A stretch of 32,691 nucleotides of DNA, taken from positions 1 to 32,691 of the forward strand of contig CAZURU010000007.1 of the NCBI GenBank assembly GCA_964623585.1. The letters run 5' to 3'. The position numbers and the translations under genes are program-made. Origin of the DNA: an uncultured bacterium. GTDB lineage: Bacteria > Poribacteria > WGA-4E > WGA-3G. The notes beneath the pieces were generated by a model, which did no database searches, was not told where the DNA came from, and was given only the letters and a program-made list of their open reading frames with translations. Positions 25,227-32,691 of the stretch are shown here, one piece after another. Within the stretch, counting starts at the first letter, position 1. Every line of letters starts with the position of its first letter.

Positions 25227-26579
25227 TTATCCGGGTTTTAATTCAGGTTGCATGTTGTGAATAGCACCGATTGATCCCAGATGTTCATTGATTTGCTGAA
25301 TAACAATAGGTTCAGGTTTTTGCGGAAGTATTTTTAATGTTTCGATCATATACTTCAATCCTCGGTAGTGTGCCTTAAGGTCTAAGACACTATACGGTGT
25401 ATTTTTGCAACGGTGCGTATCTATGAGTTTAGCACTCACATTGACCATAAACATTGAAAGGTTCACCGCATTGTTTACCGGTGTCTTGTTAACATTCATA
25501 AAACTTTGTAATCCCCAGTTTTGTTTTGCATCTCGGAAGTTGAACTCGATTTGAAAACGGAGTGAATAATAATCAACCATTTTTTCAGCGTCTAACGACA
25601 CATCAGAACTGAACAATAGAACATGTGCTTGTTGTTCCGTAGTCAAGTTTGTTTTGAGGATGCAAACTACATTTAGGGGGTCTGTGAACTTTTTGTGGCG
25701 TAGCTGCATTTGATACACTTCGGTTTTCAGATTTCCCTGTATATTGACAGAGACACAGTATTTAGGGTCAATCTGTCGTGGGTCGAAACGGTCTCCGTAG
25801 ATGCGTGGGGGTCCCTTTCCTGCGTAAGGTGTAATCGGTGGTAAATGCAGTGCAGCATCTATGCGTAGTTTTGAAATGAGGTGGAGCCCTGCTTGTTTCG
25901 TCATTTGAAGTGCGTTATTGTGTCCAAAATATCCATCAAGCACAAAATAACGAAGTGGGATTAGGTCTTTTATCTCTGGCAGTATAGACATTAGCATTGT
26001 ATTAAGTTGTTTCAAAATACCGGTAAGCACGACATCGTCTTTATTGCGGTTTCGGCTGCCTTTTGGACGCCCGGGTGGGCGTTTCGCTGTTGTTTCTGTA
26101 GTATCTTGTTGTTTTGGTTCAGAAGTGGCAGGTGCTGAAGATGTTTCGTCTCGGACGATTTGCTCTATAGCCATCGGATAAGAACGCCGTTCTGTGACAC
26201 CCACTATGGACATGGCTAAGAACGACACACCTGGGACCGTTTTCCCGTGTATAGAGGAAAAGAAACGGGATAAACCATAGGTATTTTTGCCTGATTTCGG
26301 CGTGACTGTTTCGTCTGCTACGAGGATATAATCGCTTTCAGGATCAAAGAGATGTGTGCGAAAAAACACCCAGCAGAGTGTTGTCCACGGCACAACCGCG
26401 TTGAAAAAGCGTTGTATAGTACGGTAGCTACCGCCTTCTGATGTCCAACGTGAGATATTTAACATTGTCACTCTTCCTGTCATCGCAAGTTGTGCAAATA
26501 CAATGTGCGATAACTGACGTATAAGCGTTATAGATAAATATGGAATAAAAACCTTAAACAGTGCTATAATTTGTTGCAT
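25227..26579 (-). CDS. DDE transposase, IS4 superfamily (450 aa from ATG 26579; alternative ATG at 26648)
   Basis: ILVADETVTPKSGKNTYG (first D region), YFVLDGYFG (second D) and YSLRFQIEFNFRDAKQ (the Y-2-R-3-E-6-K signature) are present. The ATG at 26579 has GAAGGA 9 nt upstream. The stop codon abuts IR-L. Confidence 0.9.
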   Translation of the reverse strand: MQQIIALFKVFIPYLSITLIRQLSHIVFAQLAMTGRVTMLNISRWTSEGGSYRTIQRFFNAVVPWTTLCWVFFRTHLFDPESDYILVADETVTPKSGKNTYGLSRFFSSIHGKTVPGVSFLAMSIVGVTERRSYPMAIEQIVRDETSSAPATSEPKQQDTTETTAKRPPGRPKGSRNRNKDDVVLTGILKQLNTMLMSILPEIKDLIPLRYFVLDGYFGHNNALQMTKQAGLHLISKLRIDAALHLPPITPYAGKGPPRIYGDRFDPRQIDPKYCVSVNIQGNLKTEVYQMQLRHKKFTDPLNVVCILKTNLTTEQQAHVLLFSSDVSLDAEKMVDYYSLRFQIEFNFRDAKQNWGLQSFMNVNKTPVNNAVNLSMFMVNVSAKLIDTHRCKNTPYSVLDLKAHYRGLKYMIETLKILPQKPEPIVIQQINEHLGSIGAIHNMQPELKPG

Positions 26580-26654
26580 GGGGGATTGTCCTTCAAAGTT
26601 ATTTGTAATTGTATCTATAACTTTAGGACATCTGCCCACTTTATTCAACTATTT

Positions 26655-26670
26655 TTGGCGAAGGTATTGA
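26655..26670. repeat. IS right terminal inverted repeat
   Basis: ttggcgaaggtattga, the perfect reverse complement of 25211-25226. Confidence 0.9.
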
Positions 26671-26828
26671 TGTTATAAGACACAATATTATATATGTCTT
26701 GTACCGATATATAGTGGTTAGTTTTTTACAAAAGGTTAACTGGCACTTCATAGGTTATACTAATAATACTATAGTTTGGACAGTTTCTATAATGACTTAA
26801 CTTAAGATTACAATAACTGTCTGCATAA

Positions 26829-26855
26829 CTATACACCTGTCGCCCCGCTGGGGCT
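26829..26855 (+). repeat. 27-bp hairpin repeat, copy A1
   Basis: ctatacacctgtcgccccgctggggct. The stem is gcccc/ggggc with loop gct. Identical to A2. Confidence 0.9.
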
Positions 26856-26879
26856 AAAGATTATTGTATATTTGCATTT

Positions 26880-26906
26880 CTATACACCTGTCGCCCCGCT
26901 GGGGCT
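26880..26906 (+). repeat. 27-bp hairpin repeat, copy A2
   Basis: Identical 27-mer, starting exactly 51 bp after A1. Confidence 0.9.
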
Positions 26907-26976
26907 GCTCTGTTCTATTAGTGAAGTTATATGGGGTTTAGAAACTCAGCGAAAATAGAAACGACATCAATGCGAC

Positions 26977-27003
26977 AGTCCCAGAGGGACGAAAGGTGTA
27001 TAG
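26977..27003 (-). repeat. 27-bp hairpin repeat, copy B1 (inverted orientation)
   Basis: agtcccagagggacgaaaggtgtatag matches 23/27 against the reverse complement of A. The stem is gtccc/gggac. Confidence 0.85.
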
Positions 27004-27027
27004 TAACATATTCGTATCTCAAACCTA

Positions 27028-27052
27028 AGCCCCAGAGGGGCGAAAGGTGTAT
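27028..27052 (-). repeat. Hairpin repeat, copy B2 (inverted orientation)
   Basis: agccccagaggggcgaaaggtgtat matches 23/25 against the reverse complement of A. It starts exactly 51 bp after B1. Confidence 0.85.
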
Positions 27053-27235
27053 TTCATTCATTACATAAGAAATGCATATTCTAATGAAGGATACAACAAA
27101 AAAAGATCTGAAAATTGTCCAAACTATAGTAATAATAAGTTATACTAATTATTATATGAAACGCCCATTATAATTATAATTGTTTTTAAAATTGTGAGCA
27201 AATCTATATTTTGCTCGGTGTAGAGGAGATTCCTG

Positions 27236-28000
27236 ATGTATCGTTATGCTCTCTTTAACAAATGGGTTATTAGCTGCGTTGGTTTCCTAATTTTGATTTC
27301 TGTTGCATGTTATTTATGGTATAAGCATGATACGGCAGATGGTAGAAGGGAATTAAATGAGGTAAAGGAAATGGTGCGCCGATATGAGGCAGCAAGAAAA
27401 TTATCCGATACGGACAGCGAAGCGGAACAGACTGTGGATATAGTACCTGCAGAAAGCGCGACACCAATCGCAGAGAAACCTATAACAAAAGTAAATGTTG
27501 AAGTTGAAAGTAATACGGAAACGGTAGAACAACAGCAATCTGAAACACCAACGGAAACCGCAACGGATGCAAAAGTCTCAGTGTCCCCAAATGGTTTTGG
27601 ACCCTATCCAGAAATTCCAGATGAGATGGGTATTCCAAAGGATAAGGAGAATAATTTTTGGGAGAATATCTCAAAGATTCCTAATCAAGAGTTACTCGCT
27701 CGTGTTCGAATTAAGTTATACCAACAAGGTATACAAGCTGATGGAGCAACTTATAAACGAAATGGACTCATTTATCCGGTTATAAATGGTATCCGTTACG
27801 TTGAATGGGATACACGTGAAAATCCTGACGGTAGTGTTGAAAGATATGTTGCTCGTTCTACGGGACATCCAGACGATGGTTTTAATGACATAACAAAGGG
27901 TGTCGTTTTAGAGTCTGATATACCAAGTCATTTTAAAATTTATACATACCCTGATGGGGGTATTGATCCCTACAAATTTTTAAATTTATCAAAGGAGTAA
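27236..28000 (+). CDS. Membrane-anchored hypothetical protein (254 aa)
   Basis: GGAG lies 7 nt upstream. There is one N-terminal TM helix (WVISCVGFLILISVACYLWY), then an acidic/Thr-rich linker, then a ~130-aa globular C-terminal region with no recognised motif. Confidence 0.7.
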   Translation: MYRYALFNKWVISCVGFLILISVACYLWYKHDTADGRRELNEVKEMVRRYEAARKLSDTDSEAEQTVDIVPAESATPIAEKPITKVNVEVESNTETVEQQQSETPTETATDAKVSVSPNGFGPYPEIPDEMGIPKDKENNFWENISKIPNQELLARVRIKLYQQGIQADGATYKRNGLIYPVINGIRYVEWDTRENPDGSVERYVARSTGHPDDGFNDITKGVVLESDIPSHFKIYTYPDGGIDPYKFLNLSKE

Positions 28001-28006
28001 TTTGAT

Positions 28007-28555
28007 ATGAAGAATTATTTTTACGTTTCACTTATTATTACCGTCCTGTTTGTTAGTATGTTTATAACAGGGATGCGCGGTTCTCATGACGGTAGATGGC
28101 AAAATAGAGATTTCCAAAACGTCGTGAGGGGAATCGCAATTGGTTCCATTTCTTTAGAGGCGATTGGTAGAGATTCTGATCATAGTCCTGAAAATGGTCC
28201 GCTAAAAACAAGTGCGAATGGTATGGTGACGAACACCTTGTCATGGCATCAGTGGGAAGCGAGTTCGTGGCTTTCTAATAAGAGTAAACAACACTATGGA
28301 AATTGGGCAGGATATGCCGATGTACCAAACAAAAGACCTGATACAGATGCTGCTCTCGCTGATGATGAAGGCAATACTGGTTACCAAGGCAAAGTTAACG
28401 AGAGTTTCAGCAGATCAGACACGGATTGGTGGGAATACCTTAACCTTGCCGATACTTTAGAGGAGTGCGAGGCATGGGCGTCAATAGATGCCCAAGAATT
28501 TTTAAATTTTAAACATAGTTGGTATTCACATTCAGAAGTTCCGTTTGATGAATGA
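28007..28555 (+). CDS. Membrane-anchored hypothetical protein (182 aa)
   Basis: AAGGAG lies 9 nt upstream and overlaps the upstream stop. There is an N-terminal TM helix (YVSLIITVLFVSMFITGM). The remainder is Trp-rich with no recognised motif. Confidence 0.7.
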   Translation: MKNYFYVSLIITVLFVSMFITGMRGSHDGRWQNRDFQNVVRGIAIGSISLEAIGRDSDHSPENGPLKTSANGMVTNTLSWHQWEASSWLSNKSKQHYGNWAGYADVPNKRPDTDAALADDEGNTGYQGKVNESFSRSDTDWWEYLNLADTLEECEAWASIDAQEFLNFKHSWYSHSEVPFDE

Positions 28556-28637
28556 GACCTTCTATAAATTTGAATCTAACATTTATTATCTGGGAAAATA
28601 TACTTCTTTTCTCATAAGAGTCAATAGTCCTATGGTA

Positions 28638-30119
28638 TCACGTCGCTACTTGCAATGGATAGAGAATCGTTGGTGTATATGCCAATTGTTCTTCTATTTG
28701 CAAGTGCGACGTCCCATCCTTTGCCAGCAATACCAAGAAACCACCGCCACCAGCCCCAGCTATCCCGTAACCGGAACATAAATCAGAGACAGATTTCAAT
28801 AACGCGTTGATCGTTGGATTCGTCGTGTGAGGATTGAGGATTTTCTTTCCTTCCCAGTAGCGTGTAAGCAGATTACCAAACTGTTCAATATTTCCTGTTC
28901 CCAAAGCGTCGCGCATCAAATACGCATCAGACCGTAGTTGTGTTAAGGTCGCGACCATTTCTTCCCGTCGGGAGAGCCAATCAGCGACAACCTGATCCAG
29001 AATATTCTTTGCTACCCGCTGTTGCCCTGTATAAACCAATAGAAGCCGTTCCGCTAATGCTTGTGATATATCAGGCGTCAGAGAAATCGCCTCAACGGAG
29101 AACTGCTGTGGTATTCCCGGTTCTGTTGTCGTCAGTTTCCACCCTGGCACGATACCACCGACTTGATCTTGCCAGCCTCCACCGGACGTAAGCATTTGCT
29201 CGACGGCAAGCACTTGATTGAATAAATCCTCGTCTGTCCATTGCGTTCCCATTAACTGCCAAAGTGCTTTCACTAATCCACCTGCCAGGATGCTGCTGGT
29301 TCCGAGTCCTGACCCCATTGGAATATCACAGTGGCTGATCAGTTCTAAACCTTGGAAATTATCTGTGGCACCTCTGATATTGATCGTGTTATTTGACACT
29401 TCAATCAGACCTAACGCCTTCAACACTGTGCGATGTAATGCTAAAGGGTCATTTAAATGGATAGGAGTCTCAAATGAGTCAACATCGTGAATCTCCGCTT
29501 CCTTTTTCTGATCGACAGACTTTATGCGGATGATGGATTCAGGGATCCAGCGAGCGGTAACAGAGATGGGATGCTGTCCATTCAATAACACGGCAACATT
29601 CAGCACAGCACCACCCTTTTCTAAGCTGATAGGTGGGGTATCGGTCCAACCACCCGCGAGATCGACCCGAACAGGCAGATGGACGGTCACAGCAGTGGGA
29701 ATGTCCCCTTTGAATTCGGAATTATACGGCAATTTCATAGTTGGTGCTACGATGCTCTTCGATACGGCTTCACGAACAGCGGCAAATGCCTGCGTATAGT
29801 GGTAATCTCTCTTTTGCTTATAGTCTGTCAGTTCATTCAACGGAGGTGTTTCTATAAATGGTGAGCAAAGGTCGGCTGCAATTTTGTTTAATCTAGCTCG
29901 GTGCAACGGGTTCTCAATGCGTCCGATTACCTCATCAAAGACAGACATCGCCCTTTGATATCCGTAAGATGTCAATATCTGCCAAAACATCGGACGGACA
30001 TCAATATCTGATTCTGTCTCAACCGTCTCTATGATGGTTACCGCCATTTTTGCAGCTTCCACTTGTTGTTGTTGAACAAAAGCTTTCACCCTATCAGCAC
30101 GTTGCATGATCTCTCCCAT
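28638..30119 (-). CDS. GHMP-family sugar kinase, L-fucokinase-like (C-terminal half of Fkp-type enzymes)
   Basis: PVRVDLAGGWTDTPPISLEKGGAVLNVAV and the GHMP motif IPMGSGLGTSSILAGGLVKAL match the fucokinase/heptose-kinase type. An alternative ATG is at 30107. Confidence 0.8.
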   Translation of the reverse strand: MGEIMQRADRVKAFVQQQQVEAAKMAVTIIETVETESDIDVRPMFWQILTSYGYQRAMSVFDEVIGRIENPLHRARLNKIAADLCSPFIETPPLNELTDYKQKRDYHYTQAFAAVREAVSKSIVAPTMKLPYNSEFKGDIPTAVTVHLPVRVDLAGGWTDTPPISLEKGGAVLNVAVLLNGQHPISVTARWIPESIIRIKSVDQKKEAEIHDVDSFETPIHLNDPLALHRTVLKALGLIEVSNNTINIRGATDNFQGLELISHCDIPMGSGLGTSSILAGGLVKALWQLMGTQWTDEDLFNQVLAVEQMLTSGGGWQDQVGGIVPGWKLTTTEPGIPQQFSVEAISLTPDISQALAERLLLVYTGQQRVAKNILDQVVADWLSRREEMVATLTQLRSDAYLMRDALGTGNIEQFGNLLTRYWEGKKILNPHTTNPTINALLKSVSDLCSGYGIAGAGGGGFLVLLAKDGTSHLQIEEQLAYTPTILYPLQVAT

Positions 30120-30137
30120 AGAGAGTCGCTCACTTTT

Positions 30138-31400
30138 TCACCATTCTGCTCCGGGATCCTGAAACCAATCAGGACGTTCAATTGCATCTTCTATTGAAAT
30201 GTCAAAGGAAACATTCAAATCATCTGTGTGATAGACAGGATAGAGCCGTGCATTCCAGAGACAACGTTGGGACACGTCTACCACCTGTTCTTTGTGCCAA
30301 ATCACATCAAGCGATAATTCGTGCTGTTGGAGCCATTTGTGAATCGATTCACCAAAAAGGGTGGCTCCGTCTCCACAAGCAGTCGGTACATCCGTCACTC
30401 CGCAAGTTAAGTTTACCCATTCCTCGTCTAATAACGGAACCTGATATGAGATTGACGTGTGTTGATTAAATGGGTATCCAATTAGTTCGAGATACTCTCG
30501 CGTCGTACCGGTGTGGATAAACTCCAGCGTCGGTGGACTACAAGCATTGAATCTAAGCGTAGACAGCATTTCCCACAATGTATTCCGAAGGGATGGATGT
30601 TTGTTTGCGAACTGGTGATGATCTGTTTGGGTTGCCATCGCAGGAAGCATGTCCCCGTATAGATCAACGGAAATATCTTCATCAAGACAATCTGCTAACG
30701 ACTGTAACTGCTTTACAGCAGCGGGATGGAAAAGTAAAACGCCAGTATCGATAGCCACGCGACCATTGGAATCGCAAACGCCTGCCTCGTGCAACTTTGG
30801 GACTGGATATTTTTGTAAACAGCGTTGGACCTCATGCGTATCAGGATCAACCTTATAGACACCGAGTCGACTCCCTAATTCAGGAGATCCCCAATAGACG
30901 ATTCCTGTCACGTCGGAGTTTTTCGGAAGTGCAATTGCATTTGGAGGTGAAGACGAATCGTCTGAGTCGTTCAGTTGTATCCAAGTGTCTCCACATGCAA
31001 CGACTATCCCCGCATCAATCTGAGCTCCAAGGGACGTCAGAAAGTCGGATATCACCTCAAAGATTGAGTTCATTGGAGGTGGGAGCGGAGCAAAGATTTT
31101 CCCTAAAATACTTTGATGGGGAATTCGTTTGCTGTCGCCACCAGAATGAAGTATAAGAATACGGTTGTCTATTCCGTCTGCTTCTTGACCAATGCTTTTC
31201 AAATATCTGAGGACGTGAAGTGTTGCTCCACCACTACCGACACGTTCCCCCTTAGGATCGGGAATGACAAGGTATTCTGTTTCTGGATGAAGCACGCCAG
31301 CCCTTTTGAGACGTTGGATCTGGAGCCGGTAGATAATCGCTTGGGACTCATTTGCGGCAGTGAGTACACATTTGTCCCATACCTTATTGTACATTGTCAT
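30138..31400 (-). CDS. Fucose-1-phosphate guanylyltransferase-like protein (N-terminal half of Fkp-type enzymes)
   Basis: WDKCVLTAANESQAIIYRLQIQRLKRAGVL...VIPDPKGERVGSGGATLHVL matches the N-terminal GDP-fucose pyrophosphorylase module of bifunctional Fkp. It ends 18 nt upstream of the kinase gene. Confidence 0.75.
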   Translation of the reverse strand: MTMYNKVWDKCVLTAANESQAIIYRLQIQRLKRAGVLHPETEYLVIPDPKGERVGSGGATLHVLRYLKSIGQEADGIDNRILILHSGGDSKRIPHQSILGKIFAPLPPPMNSIFEVISDFLTSLGAQIDAGIVVACGDTWIQLNDSDDSSSPPNAIALPKNSDVTGIVYWGSPELGSRLGVYKVDPDTHEVQRCLQKYPVPKLHEAGVCDSNGRVAIDTGVLLFHPAAVKQLQSLADCLDEDISVDLYGDMLPAMATQTDHHQFANKHPSLRNTLWEMLSTLRFNACSPPTLEFIHTGTTREYLELIGYPFNQHTSISYQVPLLDEEWVNLTCGVTDVPTACGDGATLFGESIHKWLQQHELSLDVIWHKEQVVDVSQRCLWNARLYPVYHTDDLNVSFDISIEDAIERPDWFQDPGAEW

Positions 31401-31424
31401 TTTCCCTATATTTATAAGTTATCC

Positions 31425-32384
31425 TCAATCCCCAATAATATCGTTATCTACGATAATATCGCTGTACTTCTTCCAATGATTCTTTTTATTGCAGAGCATG
31501 ACTTTTAACCAAAGTGGCATATATTTATGGTTGCTTCCTAAGAAATAGCCCAAGAACCTCATAAACTCATAAAGCATGGCATAAGGAAGACGTTTTACCT
31601 TGCCATGTTTTACTATGTATTGAAATTCCGCTTTGAGATACTTTAAGCCTTCAATGATAAAAATTGATTTCGGATATTCTATCTTTTCATGATGATAAAC
31701 ATACGGTAATGTTGCTCCAGTATCAAAGAACCGATGGAAAACCTGCTTTAAAGAGTAATTATGAGAATGATACACGACAGACTCACTTGTATAAGCAATC
31801 TTATAACCTGCGAACAACACCCTTTTTGCCCATTCATGATCCTCACACATCAACATCTCTGGTAGTTTTATTTTTTCCCAAACATCCTTTCGTATTGCAG
31901 AATTTGCATTGGAGAAAAACATAAGATTTGTCAGTTGAATTTTTCCTTGATCGTCCATTTCTCGTATATCATTCTTTGTTGGATAAAAGTATTGGAGAAA
32001 GAATTCTTCCATGGGGCTCGCGTCTTTTTTCGGATGCTGTCTACCAAATACACCGGCTACCATAGTATCTTTAAATGGCATTAGCAACTTTGTGAGCCAC
32101 TGCGGATCTTTTATAACAACATCCGCTGACAAGAAGATCAAGTATTTTCCACTTGCCATACGCGCACCGTAGTTCCGAGTGCCACCATAATTATAATTAT
32201 CTTCTTCAACGCGAATAAACTCTACTGGAAAGCGTTTTGCAATTTCAGGAGTCTTATCGTTAGAGGAATCTAAAATAATCGCTTCAATCTCGCCCGAATA
32301 ATCTTGATGATATACACTGCTCAGTAAGTCGCCAATATACTCTTCAACATTTTTGGTAGGTAGGATTACACTGACTTTTGTCAT
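31425..32384 (-). CDS. Family 2 glycosyltransferase
   Basis: MTKVSVILPTKNVEEYIGDLLSSVYHQDY..EAIILDSSNDKT is a GT2 N-terminal Rossmann pattern, with ..LSADV.. and ..EDHEW.. downstream. The ORF-track start at 32414 adds 10 aa; the ATG at 32384 is preferred. Confidence 0.85.
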   Translation of the reverse strand: MTKVSVILPTKNVEEYIGDLLSSVYHQDYSGEIEAIILDSSNDKTPEIAKRFPVEFIRVEEDNYNYGGTRNYGARMASGKYLIFLSADVVIKDPQWLTKLLMPFKDTMVAGVFGRQHPKKDASPMEEFFLQYFYPTKNDIREMDDQGKIQLTNLMFFSNANSAIRKDVWEKIKLPEMLMCEDHEWAKRVLFAGYKIAYTSESVVYHSHNYSLKQVFHRFFDTGATLPYVYHHEKIEYPKSIFIIEGLKYLKAEFQYIVKHGKVKRLPYAMLYEFMRFLGYFLGSNHKYMPLWLKVMLCNKKNHWKKYSDIIVDNDIIGD

Positions 32385-32666
32385 ACAAATACTCACAGTA
32401 AGTTTAATAACCATTATCTGTTGAATTCAAACGATTATTGATTATCAAAAAGGGACTTATACCATTTCTATTAATTAGCCTTTCATTACTGGTTATTTAG
32501 AATGAAGCGGGGAACGGCGCAAACTAAAAGTTTATGCTACAAAAATGAAACATTATCAATTAGAAATGGTATTACTAACACTGCAATACAGAGAGAAAAC
32601 AAGTTTCGCCCGTTGCCTCTCCTTTGTAAAGTTGATATGAAGTTAAAATAATACTTTGGGTAATTT

Positions 32667-32688
32667 GGCGAGGTTAGGAAACCTCGCC
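32667..32688. other. Perfect 9-bp stem hairpin at window edge
   Basis: ggcgaggtt-agga-aacctcgcc. The downstream context is cut off by the window end, so its function (terminator?) cannot be judged. Confidence 0.25.
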
Positions 32689-32691
32689 AGC

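Larger units (their letters stand above)
25211..26670 (-). mobile_element. Intact 1460-bp insertion sequence (IS4/IS701-like DDE transposase) with 16-bp perfect IRs and 5-bp target-site duplication
   Basis: IR-L tcaataccttcgccaa (25211-25226) is the exact reverse complement of IR-R ttggcgaaggtattga (26655-26670). TGTTA directly flanks both ends (25206-25210 and 26671-26675). A single transposase ORF fills the element. Confidence 0.85.
26765..27138. mobile_element. MITE-like non-coding palindromic element (~374 bp) with subterminal hairpin repeats
   Basis: The 15-bp perfect inverted cores are actatagtttggaca (26768-26782) and tgtccaaactatagt (27116-27130). An 11-bp perfect direct repeat gttatactaat lies just outside (26754-26764 and 27139-27149). 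There is no ORF inside. The internal architecture is mirror-symmetric (see repeats). Confidence 0.5.

Noticed and set aside
26829-27052. The 27-bp repeats read as a CRISPR array
   Set aside because: There are only two copies per orientation, arranged convergently. The 24-bp intervening segments are too short for typical spacers. There are no cas genes in the window, and the repeats are boxed in by TIRs and direct repeats typical of a mobile element.
26672-27235. Integron attC sites or gene cassettes
   Set aside because: There are no RYYYAAC/GTTRRRY core sites at the repeat borders and no intI gene. The hairpins are 5-bp stems rather than the extended imperfect attC palindromes.
1-32691. tRNA, rRNA, tmRNA or riboswitch genes
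   Set aside because: No T-loop (GGTTCGAATCC-like) or acceptor-stem pattern was seen. There are no rRNA-like conserved blocks. purC has no leader region, with only a 9-nt gap to the upstream gene, so a purine riboswitch is excluded there.

Overview
AT-rich bacterial fragment, probably from an uncultured or metagenomic genome. All domain calls come from reading motifs in the translations; no database search was run. The window has four blocks. (1) 1-13.3 kb is a mosaic accessory, defence/TA-type island, mostly on the minus strand. It holds a frameshifted DUF5615 PIN-like toxin gene and a 1442-aa giant protein (unknown N-domain, TPR-like solenoid, GreA/B-C-like, PIN-like, C-terminal DUF433). It also holds a very AT-rich 263-aa orphan, an AlbA_2/Schlafen-type protein, a collapsed P-loop ATPase/Toprim (OLD- or PARIS-like) remnant, an XRE-HTH + ImmA/IrrE pair, and a 990-aa single-chain nuclease-methyltransferase (type IIG-like). 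Three short pseudogene stubs sit between these genes: two copies of the 3-prime end of the RM gene and one copy of the DUF433 end of the giant gene. They point to repeated cassette replacement on a conserved scaffold. (2) 13.5-24.2 kb is an envelope/housekeeping block: a polytopic Peptidase_MA-like TPR protein, a lipoprotein, an operon of a 1247-aa double-FtsX permease, a TPR protein and purC, and an STT3/PglB-like oligosaccharyltransferase homologue with a degenerate WWDYG motif. (3) 24.2-27.2 kb is an IS graveyard: two transposase relics, one intact 1460-bp IS with perfect 16-bp IRs and a 5-bp TSD, and a 374-bp MITE-like palindromic element. That element carries 2+2 convergent 27-bp hairpin repeats at an exact 51-bp period, with one compensatory stem substitution. 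(4) 27.2-32.4 kb has two membrane-anchored unknowns, a split Fkp-like GDP-fucose salvage pair and a GT2 glycosyltransferase. No rRNA, tRNA or bona fide CRISPR array was seen. The best candidate for an undescribed system is the giant TPR/GreA-C/PIN/DUF433 gene with its DUF5615 partner, which the stubs suggest was ancestrally linked to the type IIG-like RM gene.
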